Of a stretch of 64,000 nucleotides of DNA, positions 1 through 47,464 are shown in pieces. Where the stretch lies: positions 434,001 through 498,000 of the forward strand of contig CAVNZM010000007.1 of the NCBI GenBank assembly GCA_963693365.1, read 5' to 3'. This DNA comes from Amoebidium appalachense (lineage: Eukaryota; Protista; Ichthyosporea). Numbering within the stretch: the first letter of the stretch is position 1; the number at the start of each line of letters is the position of its first letter. The translations under genes were made by a program, and so were the position numbers. The notes under the pieces were generated by a model that did no database searches, had not been told where the DNA came from, and was given only the letters and a program-made list of their open reading frames with translations.

Positions 1-411
1 GGGAAGGGGGACTGTAAACGAAGGTACCACCATTCATAGAACAACTGGAGATTGAAGGGGATTGGGCACGGATGAAACAAGAGACATTGGGAAGAAACCT
101 TTCATTTTTTCTTCTTTTTCAAATACTCAGTAGAGCATCTTACCTCCCCCCCCCCCAAACAAAATACACACACACACACACACACACACGGACGAATCCT
201 CACTCCCCCATCTCCTTGACCATCCCGGCCAGTGTGTAGGATGCCCCAGATGATTGCTGATAGCCGGTACTGAAAGTGATTTGTGTGGGTGCAGAAGTGG
301 TGTAGGCGGCGTGTTGTTTTCGTACAAAAAGTGGGATGACGGTAGGGGGTTAGGGGGGAGGGAAGGGGAAGGGCAGGAGGCAGAGGGCAGGGGGTGGGGT
401 GGTGGGGGGGT

Positions 412-440
<29 letters not shown>

Positions 441-442
<2 letters not shown>

Positions 443-627
443 TGAATGCGTCATAAAGTACGAAGTACACAAGAACAAACCGATAACACGATGCAGAATG
501 CAAGCCATAGATAAAGAGTATGCATAATAAGCAGAGCCCATCCTCAGGGGGGGCCCACGTCATCCACAGTACCCGAGTTTCGACCTATTTACCTCGTTAA
601 CGAAACCCAACTCAGATACTGTTTCAC
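441..627 (-). repeat. Dispersed structured element, copy 1 (partial)
   Basis: Near-identical to 20004-20189; flanked on both sides by G-runs; in an intron of the GST-like gene. Confidence 0.85.
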
Positions 628-709
628 GGGGGGGGGCGAGGGGGTGGGGGGGGGGGGGGGGGGGGGCAAGGGAAAACGGGTGGAGGAGGGGAAGGGGGAT
701 GTTACAGAC

Positions 710-855
710 CCAGGGACATGCATAGCTGATGTAGAGATGGTAACGGTTCGGGTCGGGGGTGAACGGGGTGGACCCGTCAGCCCGGACCCACTGACGGAAC
801 CCAGAGGCCACCCGCTGGAAAGAGCCGTCCTTGACTTCATCCATAGCGGTGTGTG

Positions 856-903
<48 letters not shown>

Positions 904-1411
904 AGGTGCTGATAGTGACTGCCATGAATCGTGTGTTGTTTTTGCGTGTGCATTTTGGTTGGGGGTGGGGGAGGGGGGGGGGGGGGTGGGGGGGTGGGGG
1001 GCGGGGGGGGGGGGAGGGGGGGGGGGACGGGGGGGATCATGGGTTAGCAAGTACCTCTTGCTAAGCGGAATAAATGATATTTATTTTTTAAACAAAAAAA
1101 GGTGTCATCTGCAGGTGTGAAGACCACAAGGAGCCGAGGGTGTGGGGGGGAGGGAGGGGCAGGGGAGAGGGGGAATCAAAGGTTTTGGCAGGATCTATCA
1201 AAATGATCTTTTGCATATGTGTTGGTGGGAGTATCGGTGGTGGTGAAGCCTTTTTTGTTCTTCTTTTCTACTTTTGCTTTCTTTCTTTTTCTTTTTTTTT
1301 AGGGGCGGGGAGGAGGGTGAGGAGGAGGGTAAGGGTGAGGGGGGAGGGGGGAGGGGGAGTTCCAAACAAAACCTATAATGTCTTACACATGGTAAAAGGA
1401 GGGGGAAGGGG

Positions 1412-1446
<35 letters not shown>

Positions 1447-2243
1447 GAGGGGGGGGGCAAAAAGAAGGGCAGCAAGGGGTCACTTATGCAGATCAGAGAA
1501 AGAACTCAAAGTCTCAAAGTTTGCTTACCTTTCTGCTGACACACGGAACACACGGCGGACGAGGAGATGATCGTGCCGTGGCAGCAGATGAAACGAACAG
1601 ACAGCAAACGGCAGGGTAGAGTGGGGTGAAGGGAGATAAGGGTGGTGAGAGACGGGCAACAGTAATGTCAGTGGCAGAACAGCAATGTTTCATCCATTAA
1701 AAGCTCAAACAATGCTGTATCAAGGTGTCGGTGCAGCTAAAATCCGCCCGTGTACACCCAAGAGAAGGAAAGAAGAAGAGCACTGTAGCATACACAGTGT
1801 AGATGTTTGCGGTATGCATAATGATGAGCCAACAAGAATAGGGTCGAAGAGTGAGGGTGTGCATGTACCGACGCGCAATTAACGTATGATTATTGCTGCG
1901 GTGGTAATTTATTGAGACGGCCAGGGCGACTCTGAAGGGGTAGATGGTGCGCAGGGGCGGGGCGGAGCGGGGGGGGAGGGGGGTAGAAGAGGCGTGGGAG
2001 GTCGTGATTGTGGTCTCAAGACAGGTGAGGGCGGGTTGCCAAGGGGGGGGAGGGGGGGGGGGGGGGGGGGGGGGGATCACTTACCCCGATAGCAGCCATT
2101 TTGCTGTGAGTTTGAAAAAATCGTGAGGAGAGCCTGCAGAGGGTAAGACCCCTTGTGTTAGATGACAAGAGAGACGTGGGGAGTTCTTGCAAGCCATGGT
2201 TTGACTGGCGGCCAAAAAACGAACGGAGCAGCGGAACCGCCAT
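710..2243 (-). CDS. Glutathionyl-hydroquinone reductase / GST omega-like (ECM4/YqjG family), 5' part only; remaining exons presumably lie left of the window
   Basis: Exon 2243..2085 (MAVPLLRSFF...SKMAAIG, donor GGG|gtaagt) joins in phase to exon ~856..710 (..TAMDEVKDGSFQRVASGFRQWVRADGSTPFTPDPNRYHLYISYACPW, acceptor cacatag|). RYHLYISYACPW is the family active-site motif. Confidence 0.8.
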
Positions 2244-3034
2244 CTGCGAGAGGAAAAAACCAAACAAAAAGAAAAATTTTCTCAACAAACGAAGCTAAAG
2301 GGTAACAAAACAGTTGTGGAACATCTGAGCTCGGCATTACTTACTTGTAGGGACTTGAAGTAGAGTTATGTAGGAAAACGTTGTGTTGGTTCAATTGTGA
2401 AACGAGGGCTTTTGTGTAGCGCAGATCTATCGAAAAATGACGGGCGGGATAAGTGTGTGACCAATATCCAATAGGAGTGTGTCAAATAGAAGTGAGGTGA
2501 CCAATAGGAACACGCCTGTAGCACGCCTATTGGAGGGTGAATGCGCTGCGGGTCGACTGCATATATCACAGAAAAACACCAGATAAAATTAATGCATAAA
2601 TGATCCAAAAAAGAAAAACTTTTCCTCACATCTTTCAAAAACAAATTCTTTCTGCACGATCCTTTATACCACCGTGCGTTTCTGTACAGGGCATGCAGTG
2701 ACTGAGTACTGCGACACTCTCAGCACGGGCAAAGTGTGAAAAACAACCCGGTATATTCGTATTCGCAATACAATACTTATGCTAACCGCTATCCAGGTAG
2801 TATCCATATATACCGGATTTTGATCACGTTTTTCAAACTGCTTCTGCAGTCTGCCAGTATGTGAGAGCCTTCCTTTTATGGCAACTTTTCGTGAGCCACA
2901 ATGCGCAACCAATGTAAACAAACGTGCCAAACACTGCTTTGGGAATTTTGAGCTTTTGAAAAAACATTTGCAACGAAGTAGGCTGTGTGCAAACGTGCCT
3001 TTATATCCCTTCTAGTCACAAAAAGGTTGCCAAC
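2244..3034. promoter_or_regulatory. Divergent promoter region between the GST-like and hexosaminidase genes
   Basis: Head-to-head genes; clustered CCAAT/ATTGG boxes at ~2461, 2468, 2501 and 2529; no microsatellites or long homopolymers. Confidence 0.5.
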
Positions 3035-11009
<7,975 letters not shown>

Positions 11010-11579
11010 TTTTAATTTTTAACCATACATATGAAGCTACTTGCGTGGGATTGACACCTACCGTTTTTCGCTTTAAGCGTCAAACACATACGGCCTAGTA
11101 CAAAGACGTACGGTGAATGATTCGTTAATCCATTAATTCACACACGGATATGTGCATGTACGTGTGTATTTGCAATGACGCGAGAGTGCACTGATGTAAT
11201 GGGGTGGTTGCGACCAGTAATACATAATGCGACTTGGACCCCTTCTATCTCTATAATATTTCATTCCTAATTCCTAGGCCTGTCTGTTTTCGATGATTTT
11301 CGCATATAAGTACCGTTGATGTATTCAGCTAGTCAAGTTGTTCAATGTGTACACTATTAAAGTTTTTCAACACAGTCCCCACAGTATACAACCCACTGCG
11401 TGCCGTAACACAGCCCCTTTCACTACATTATAGTCTGTGTGTGATTCATAGCAGGCTGTGCGCATGCATACATACGTGGGTGCGCATGCACTATGGCCAC
11501 GGAAAGGTTGGTCGAAAATACAGAATTCTTACACGGCAAAACGATTACCGTACTCAGCAGTGCTGATATGCCGGGTGCA

Positions 11580-11621
<42 letters not shown>

Positions 11622-11955
11622 ACCACCACCACCACCCACCTACCCACGGCCACCACCACCACCACCACCGGTAAGAGAGAAGACGGGCCAGTTGGGGTGT
11701 TGGATAGTAATCTCACTGAGCTATTACAGGATGCTTTCGATTATCAGCGGTCAGTCTGCTCTGCAGCAATGCTGTAGATAAATGGTGGCTCGTGTGCACA
11801 ACCCACCCATCATACCACTCTTCATACCACCCCAATCGATACAAATGGCATGCTGCCCAGCCCCAGAGCTTCCGAGGTGTGTGTACGGTGTGTGCACAGT
11901 GTGTGTGTGTGCGTGTGTGCGTGCGTGGGGGGGGGGGGGGGGGGGGGGGGGGGAG

Positions 11956-12005
<50 letters not shown>

Positions 12006-12423
12006 GAGGGGGGGGGGGGGGGGGGGGGACTGTAGCATACATACACCGATGCTATCTTGTGCTGTGCCCGTATATTATATCGAGCATTTACTGTGTGATT
12101 CACCTGTTTGTATATTCATCCAGTATCCAATGCAACCTGTTTGTACATCCATTGCGTTCCAGACGCCAACTTGAAGGACCCCAGGGTTTCGAAATTCCAC
12201 ATTCATGCACATCCTTCCATACACAATCACAAGCCTAACTAGCCTATCACCATAAATCATTCGATATACATCACCCCCCCCCCCCTCCCCCTCCCCCCTT
12301 GCATACACGCTCATACAAACCCCACACCAAGACAAAGGCACAAACACAACATCTTTCATATATACACCATATCAGACCTTCATACACCACCACACACCCC
12401 TTCATTCATACAGAAATCAAGCA

Positions 12424-23963
<11,540 letters not shown>

Positions 23964-24455
23964 TCTCAAACTGTTATGCTACCTGGTCATGTCAGCTTGG
24001 CAATGTGCACGCAACTGAGCATACGTCCCTCCTGTGAAGCCTTTCTAAATAAAATCTTTTCTTCAAAGCTGTTTCTATGCCTACATCTCTACCTCTACGA
24101 ACCGACACGTACATACATCCAATTACTGCTCATGCTATGCTCTCTTCCCATCGTCTGTCTCGCTCTACTGTTCTACATATGTAGTCTTCATGCCGACCCC
24201 TAGACAACTCATGTTGGTTAGCTTAAGAAGGTAGCGCGAAGTAGACTAACTAAAAATAGCAGTAAAGTTTTGGCGCCATTTTTTCTGAGCAGCCAATCAG
24301 CGTGCACCTCAGCCGCAGCACTCTGCAGCTCAGCTCACTGTGGCTGCTGAGCTGAAACAAAACAGGGGAATTCGAAAGAAACCTTGCATCATACACGAAA
24401 ACACACTGTGTGGTTGATACACAAAAACACACTTTGTGGTTGATTAGCAGTTAAC
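23964..24455. promoter_or_regulatory. Divergent promoter region LENG8/RFC4
   Basis: Head-to-head genes ~490 bp apart; CCAAT box (agccaatcag, ~24290) and a YY1-like ggcgccatttt motif (~24272). Confidence 0.5.
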
Positions 24456-33012
<8,557 letters not shown>

Positions 33013-33687
33013 AAATAGCACATACGACTATTAATAGCATCATGCAGCGGCGTTAAATTTAGTCCATACACCTATAAGTAGCATCATGCAGCGGCGCTAA
33101 ATATAGTGCATAGGCCTATAAATAGATGCAACAGGGGTGACTAAAATTAGCATACACGGCCCTATAGACTTGCCTCACATGCACAGTAAATGCAATGATG
33201 TATTTTTTTTTATATCATTTCAGCACTTACTCTTTATTCGCTTCAACAGCTTTCAGCTTGGTCACGTTACCATGCCCGATATACTGTTCAGGGTGTGTGG
33301 TTGTGAATGAAGGGGGGGGGGGGGGGGGGGGGGGAGGGGGGGGGTGGGGGGGGGGGGAGGGGGGGGGAGAGGGGGAGGGGGGGGGGGGAGAGGGGGGGGG
33401 GGGGGGCTTGTGTAGGGGTACCACACCTACCGCACATATGGACGTATACTGGACACTACATTTGGTTATGACTTAAGTACGGTGTGCACATCAGCCTTCT
33501 TCGTTGGGCCGGCACCCTCTCAGCACGGTGGTGCGATGTAAGACTTTGATGAAACTGTAAAAAACCCATGAACATAATAAAAATAAAAGTGAGAAACTGA
33601 GAGTGGGCATGAGAGAGCGCTCTAGAATTCGAAGGAGAGAGCATGCAATATATATTCCGAGGGAAGGATCGGATCCGGAATTCGGAA

Positions 33688-33721
<34 letters not shown>

Positions 33722-33851
33722 GATCTACAGAGAGAGGACTGGAGGGAGGAGTTTTGGGGGGAGGGGGGACGGGGGGGGAGGGGGTGGGGGGGTATCGAGC
33801 AGTAAAATGAGATTATGAGAGAGTTGCGATAGAGGGTGAGAGAGAGAGAGG

Positions 33852-33904
<53 letters not shown>

Positions 33905-34218
33905 TGAGAGAGGGAGGGTGGGAGAGGGAGAGGGAGAGGGGATGGGGAAGGGGGAGGGGGAGGGGAAGAGGGAGGGGGGAGGGGGAGGGGGAGGGGGAGG
34001 AGGAGCCTCAGGGGGAGCCTAGGGAGAGGGAGCTAGTATAGGGAGGGAGGGAGCTCGATGAGGGATGAGGGAGAGGGAGAGGGAGAGAGGGAGGGAGAGG
34101 GGGAGGGAGAGGGGGAGGGGGGGAGAGTGTGCGTGCTTCTCTGAGCGCGTGTGATGGGGGGTGGGGTTGGGATGGGCTGGGGCGGGTGGTGGTGGTGGTG
34201 GTGGTGGTGGTGGTGGGG

Positions 34219-34251
<33 letters not shown>

Positions 34252-34532
34252 GTTAGTCCACTGTAGCGCTAGCAATGATCACTGATTATCATATATAGAT
34301 CAGCTTCAACTTTCATATATGGTATCGGTGACGTGAGCACAACACAGTTGTATCTCACTGATACCAGTCACAACACCATCCATAGAATATGTACAACTTG
34401 TGAAGAAATAGTGACGAAAAGAACGCAAAAAGGAATTCAAACACATCAAGCCACCCGAAAAACACATGTCTTTGAGAAGTGTGAATTCTCTTTTGGGCCT
34501 CCGTGTTGCACCTCCCGGACCTGGCTACATAC

Positions 34533-34595
<63 letters not shown>

Positions 34596-34971
34596 GAGCG
34601 AAAAAAAAGCAGAACAAGAGCACTGGTAGTAAGGACAGCCAATGGAGGTATGTGTTTGACGGCTTGCTGCTATCTACAAATTGTGGCCTGGCCGTCGCTA
34701 CATAGCATCACCCCATGCACCTGCTTGCACACATCCCCACCCATGACGTGACTACACATGTTTAGATCCTACCACCATCCCGTGCACACAGCACTACATG
34801 TGGTTCCATACGACCACACATGAATCCCCACAGAACCATCATGATGACCCCGGACGATCCCTCCATAAGATGGCAGGAAAATGCACAGGCGCCTCACTAA
34901 AATCTACATTAGACGTGAGAGGTGAATCTTGCCAGGGGACATGTCGGCAGCCCGCGTTTGGTTGGTCGGTT

Positions 34972-40607
<5,636 letters not shown>

Positions 40608-41245
40608 GTTGATCAGTCAGCAAGTTGGCAAGAACACACTCACTTCTACGATGTACACAGCCAGAACGTGTGCTTACTTCCACTCTGTTTCAACTAAATA
40701 TTTGTGCTTATGTAAAATGAGTCACAGTTGCAATGTTTTTACTTTTCAAAACAGAATAAGAAAACAACGAACATGAACATGAAAGCACTGGCAAAGCTTG
40801 CAAAGTGCACGTGTACATGACAGGTGATAGATAGCGCAAACAACCAAAAAAAGGATTTCCTAAACCCTGATTTGAAAGTCAAAAATTCTACAAAATCACA
40901 CATACACCCAATCAAATATTCATTTTGCTAGCCAGATATAGTGCTATGCCTTTCGAGTACTTCCTTTGCCTTCATCACTATATTTATGTCTTGTCAACTC
41001 CGCCCTTTGCCCTCTACCAGCCTCAGTGACTTGAAGGTTTCGCTTGTTTCGCGTAGGATTTTGGCATGGTTTCGCTTACCACTCTTTTGACAACGTTCTG
41101 AGTTTTTTTTTTCTTTTTGGCGGAGTATAGAAACATATTGGTCTCGTACATTACGAGCGGTTCCTCTGATCCTCACCAATAAACTGCGGTTTGCCTCGGA
41201 TCTGAACGTCCTTTTTTTACAACACACACTCACACACCCAGAAAC

Positions 41246-43451
41246 ATGGAAGAGTACACCTTTCACGATCCAAACGCACTTCCCGTGCCCACTGCCCCTC
41301 ACCCCATACGCAGCCCCAGCGTGTCTCGCTCAAAAGAGAATCTTCAGGAGATGAGTGAAACAGAGTATACAACATGCATTGCTTTGTACGACTACGCACC
41401 AAGGCACATGCACGACATTGCGTTGAGAGAGGGAAGGACGGTCAAGGTGGTTGAAAAATGTGATGAGGAGGGAAGCACTGAGTGGTGGAAGGTGAGTTTT
41501 CCCTCTTTATTTTGCTTGTTTGTTGTTGGATTCGTGTCACTTGCATGCTGCTTTAGTGCAAGGATGGGTGATACGTGTGTGGCTTTCAAGGGATTAGGCA
41601 GTTTTTTGGTGTTGACAGAAGTCATTTAAACACCGCCTAACACAAGGGAAGCTAAGGAAGGGAGGTGGGGAAAGGGCGGGTGGGGTGGGGTGGGGGGGAA
41701 GGGGGAGGGGGAAAGGGGGAGGGGGGGGGGGGAGGAGGGGAGGGGCTTCAGTCTTGGAACCATGTCTATGATTTTTGTTTCAAAGTTTTCAAGGGAATCT
41801 CGCTTTTGCAGAACATCTGCTCAGTGTTTTTTGGAACGTGTAACAATATCAAGCTTCGTTATCGGGCTTTAAATGCAACTGTCTTTGCAACGATACTATG
41901 TTAAAACGGTGGGAAAGGACTGTGTCTATAACGCACAAGCATACGATAAGCGCGAGCATACGATGTACACACATGTGCTCCGCCTGCGCACACACTACAC
42001 ACACATGCACATACCCACCACACATGCGTGCGTGTACACATACACACACATGTGCACACAAGCACATACATACACACACACACACACATCAACACAAGTA
42101 GTACACACTGCCACGAACAAACACGCGCATTTGCATGCCGCGCGCACGTGCGACAGACACGCAGACGTTCACACAAATGGGAGCCGCACACACACGAACA
42201 CACACACACCACACACACGAATACACACACAGAAAACACACACGAACACACACACACACCGCACACACACGAACACACACACACTTGACATGTGAAGGTC
42301 TCCTCTGTATTCCCTACATTCCACCTCCACATCATTTATTAGCTTTTCACTCTCGCTCAAACCCACCTACGCCCCTCCCCCTTCCCCCGCCATCCCCCCC
42401 CCCCCCCCCCCCCCCCCCCCACCCCCGGCTCCACCCTATCTTCTCCAACTTTATCCTCTCTACCTCTTGCTCCCAAAGCCCCTCTCCCCCCCCCCCCCCC
42501 TTCCCTCCCCCCCTCCCCCCCCTCGGGGAATTCCAACAAGGCATGCCACCAAGCATGCACCTGATGTGTGCTCTCTGTATGCTGCAAGTTCTTTAAACCC
42601 TTGTTCTGATATCACCCTTGACCCTCCCCACCCTCCCTTCCCTAATTCCTATACATCGACACAAACACCACTAACCCCTCCCCCCCCCCCCCCCTCCACT
42701 TGTCGCTTGCTGTATCTTGCATCTCCCACCCCTCCCCCCATCCAAACCCCCCCCCCCCCCCCACCTTCCCCCGCCCTCCCCCCTCCCCCCCCCCTCCCCC
42801 TCCCCCCCCCCCCCCCCCCCCCCCCCGCCCCACCCGCCCCACCCGTATGCCTTTGCATGTGTGCTACACCGTGTTTCCCATCGTATAGTTCACTACTTCA
42901 TAGTGTTTCGTCTCCTAAGCCCCCCTCCCCCCCCCCCCCCCCCTCCTCTCCCCCCCCCCTTCCCCCCCTGCCCTTAACCCCCCTTCCCCTCTCCCCTCCC
43001 CCCTTTCTAGGTTCGCAATGACGATGGTACAGAGGGCTACGTGCCTGCCACCTATCTCTTTGTGGTGCCCCCCGCGGGCCCAACCCCGCCTGTGCCTGTG
43101 GACGAGCAGGCAGTAGACAAAGACCTCATGTGTGCCGCATGCAGACACCTTCTCTCCCACGCGCTTGTGCACGTGCCGTGTGGCTGCCACGTGTGCACGA
43201 GGTGTCTATGGCAGAGGGACGGGGTGTGCCCTGAGTGCATGCAGACCGTCAGATGGGCAAAGGTGCGTGGGTGTGGGTGTTTGGGGGGAAAGGGGGGAGG
43301 GGGGGGAGGGGAGGCTTTCGTGGGGGTGCCTCGGTGGTTATTTGGGAAAATGTGTATGTATGTGTGTGTGTGTGATAGAGTTTGGTCGGCACACACAGTG
43401 CACCCACCCACGCACACATGCACACACATGTATACACAACACACACACACG

Positions 43452-43516
<65 letters not shown>

Positions 43517-45196
43517 TACACACCCTATCTCGATGCTCTCTTCTTCTTTTCTAGTGGTTTAGAGGGCCACATGGATGGCGAAAGGGAGGGGGAGGTGTGA
43601 GAGTGTGTAGAGTTTCAGGGAGGGGGAGGGGCAGGTGGGGAAGACAGTGTATGAATGAAAGATCCCACTTAAGCTGGGTGTGGTTGTGCTGGGTGAGGGG
43701 GGGAGGGGGGGGGTGAGGGTGGCATGAGAGATGCCGGTAGCTATCACCTTTTTATTGTTTGGTTTTGTTGGCTTTTTTTTTTTTTTTCGATTTTTCTGGT
43801 GGGGCAGGGGGGGGGGGGGAGGGGGAGGGGGGGGCAGGGGAGATGAATGCTAAGGGGTTGAGCCCTGCGACCCTCACCTCTCCCCTTCCCCCCACTCCGG
43901 TTGACCACTCTGCATGCACATCATAAGAGATCCAAAATGTGGGTTTCCTATCGCTGGAAAAAGCCCCTTTCGTGCCTTCACGAGTAGTGCACGCTCACAA
44001 GCCCGCTTAAATTGGTTATATCTTGCCGCATTCCCTATCATGGTCACGACGCTAATGACCTGCAGCCAACCCCATGATATGCTTACTAACGTAAGGTCCC
44101 AACCAATCACAGGAGACGCAGGATGCGCCCGCCGAACTGTTGCAGCGCATTGGGCAGGTGGAGGTCAGGTGTCCGGACTGCAACGAGCCAATGAAATTGA
44201 TGCAATTGCCCCAGCACAGGTGTGTTTTATTTTATATTTTATCTTTATTTTTTATTTTGTTGGATGGTTGTGGTCTGTGTGTGTTTGGGGAGGGGGGGGA
44301 GGATGAGTGGGGGTTGTGTGAGTTGACGGATGGATAAATCAGGCAGAGTCGTGGTGTTGAAGGGGAAGGAGGAGGGGAGGGGGGTTTAGACTGCACTTGG
44401 CTTGTGAGTTGAGTATATAGGTGTGTGTGGTTTATGACAACACCTATTTTGCCTCCCCCCCCCCCCCCCCCCCCCCCCCCTTGAACCTCTGGTCAGCCTT
44501 GAGAAAGCACATGAACTCCAATCTAGTTTTTTGACCTGGCGAGTGCACCAGCCTTGAGTTTTCCAATGGCTGAAAGCAACAAGCAAGCATTAACCCCACA
44601 GCACATCAATGCTAGGCTGCGGTTATTTCTGAATGAAATGATTTTTTCGTGCCACATTCCAATGCCTGTGCTAACCAATCACATGGGGCCGATAGGGAAC
44701 GGCAGTGTGTGATTGCATGCCCAGAGGGGTGCGAATTCAGCAGCTCACGGCAGCAGATGGACATGCACCTGCAGGCTGACTGCCCTTTTGCCCCCGTCTC
44801 GTGTGCTGCACGGGTATGGGCCCAAACACATTTACACATACACACACGCACCACACACAAAAACACACACACACTCACACACAAACATTCACACCACGTT
44901 CACACATTCACACACACACACACTCACACACACTCGTGCACGTGCACACACATGTACATGGCACACGCCATCTCACACTCACGCTCACGCGCACATGCAC
45001 ACACACGCACACACACACGCACACACAACACGCACACCATGCATACTTACACGCACACACTCACCTGCACACTCACTCAATAGTTTGCTCGCTCATTCAC
45101 ACACACACACACATACATGTGGAATGGTAGGGAAGGTGAGGGGCATTAAGTATGGAGAATGTACGTATGAGAATGCCGGAGAGGCCAGAAACGGTA

Positions 45197-45227
<31 letters not shown>

Positions 45228-45455
45228 TCCTCCTCCCCCACTGTCCCTCTTGCCGGTGTGTTCGGGTTACTCCTCGATAGTGTATACCGTTTGCGTACTT
45301 TTGTCGTTCCTTTCAGTTTTTCGTTTTGCGAATGGGGGATGAAAGCCAAAGCTAGTCGTAAGTTTGTGCCTTTCCTTTCGAATCATATGTATCACATGCT
45401 CACACATGCATGCACACACTCGCACGCATACCCGTGCAGGCACGACATGCAAACG

Positions 45456-45543
<88 letters not shown>

Positions 45544-45592
45544 CATTCACTCACTCACTCACTCACTCACTCACACACACACACGCACACAC

Positions 45593-45681
<89 letters not shown>

Positions 45682-45816
45682 ATGTTGGCTGCCCAGCACG
45701 TGTGCCACGCAACCAATTGGATGCTCACGTGCAGCGCTGTGCATTTGTTGCCCTGCACCCAACACTCAGTGGGCACCAGGACCAGATATACAGTCTCAAC
45801 ACACAGGTGTGTATGT

Positions 45817-45872
<56 letters not shown>

Positions 45873-45891
45873 TGCATGCACACACACACAT

Positions 45892-45924
<33 letters not shown>

Positions 45925-45939
45925 CATGCACACACACAT

Positions 45940-46012
<73 letters not shown>

Positions 46013-46027
46013 TGCACACACACACAT

Positions 46028-46119
<92 letters not shown>

Positions 46120-46312
46120 CGCCTCCTTCCTCTCTTTGGCTCGAACACTTCGGCAACACCTTTGAGCCAGATTTGCTTTTATATCATTTAAGGAAAAATG
46201 GGGAAAGGGGAGGGTTCTATATCAAAAAAAAAATTTTTTTTGGAGTGGTGGTTAGGTCGGTGTGCATACAGGCTGGACAGAGGTGTGTGTGTGTGTGTGT
46301 GGGGGGGGGGGT

Positions 46313-46346
<34 letters not shown>

Positions 46347-46539
46347 GGATGGGCGGTGGTGGTTTTTTTTTTTTTTTTTTTTTTTGGGGGGGGGGGGGGG
46401 GTTCAATGAAACAGAGGGAACAATGGTTTGATTAAGAAAAAGAACACTCCCGAGCTGTATGTGCTTTGGGTGGTAGTTTACTTCTGGCTGGTTCTGTTTG
46501 GTGTGCGTGCAATGCTCTTCGATGAAACCACTGTTGCTC

Positions 46540-46578
<39 letters not shown>

Positions 46579-47230
46579 GTGGTTGTTGTTGTTGTCGTCG
46601 TTGTTGTCGTTTGTTTGTTTGTTTGTTTGTTTGTTTGTTTGTTTGTTTGTTTGTTTGTTTGTTTGTTTGTTTGTTTGTTTGTGGTGGTCATGATGGTTGC
46701 TTTTTTTATTTATTATTTATTTATTTATTTATTTATTTTTTGAGGGGGTGGGGGGGGGTGGGGGGGGAGGGAGGGGATGATTCAGATTGGGGTTGGCCGA
46801 TTATTTGGTGTTTGCTTTTTTTTTTTGTATGTCTTAAGCGCCCACCCCTCCCTTTTCTGACCCCCCCCCCCCCCCCCCCCCCCCTCCCCACGCACACCAC
46901 ACACAGGCACACAGGCACACACACCTGCCCACACACGCTGATATTCACACACAAGCACAAAAACGCATGCGCACACGCATATATACACGTATACACGTAC
47001 ACACGTACACACGTACACAGATGCAAGTGTTGACAGCGCGCATAGAGGAGGTAGTTCAACGCATATCCCGTTTGGAGACTATTGCGGAGGCTGGGGTTGC
47101 AGCAGCAAAAGATGCGGAGGACAAAAAGAAACAGGCACGAAGGAGGAGGACACACAATGCAGCGGTGGTGGCAAATGTGGACGGAGAAACCCATGCCGGA
47201 AATTTCAACGTGAACTTGTTGAGTCAGTGA
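41246..47230 (+). CDS. SH3 + RING + TRAF-type zinc finger + coiled-coil protein (putative E3 ubiquitin ligase), 6 exons
   Basis: Exons 41246-41491 (ALYDY...EWWK), 43011-43262 (GYVPATYL; RING CAAC..CGCHVC..C..CPEC), 44113-44219 (VRCPDC...H), ~44696-44813 (CPEGC...HLQADC), 45681-45806 (GC...HVQRC) and 47021-47230 (coiled coil, stop). Confidence 0.82.
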
Positions 47231-47408
47231 AAAGGGATATATCTGCCCACGCATCATTGGGTGGATGCCCAAGTCAAATGGAGGCAATTGCTTGCAACTG
47301 TACATATATCTAGATCCATAGTTTGCACATTCTCTTGGTTTTCTAGATATCTATTGTAACGAGGTGAGCTTAAATTTTGTCCGGGCAGGGCCTGGGAGGA
47401 AAGGGTGT

Positions 47409-47464
<56 letters not shown>

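Noticed and set aside
11493-11777. Small gene between the hexosaminidase and LENG8 3' ends
   Set aside because: The ORF is held open by C-runs, with no recognisable domain or convincing splice structure.
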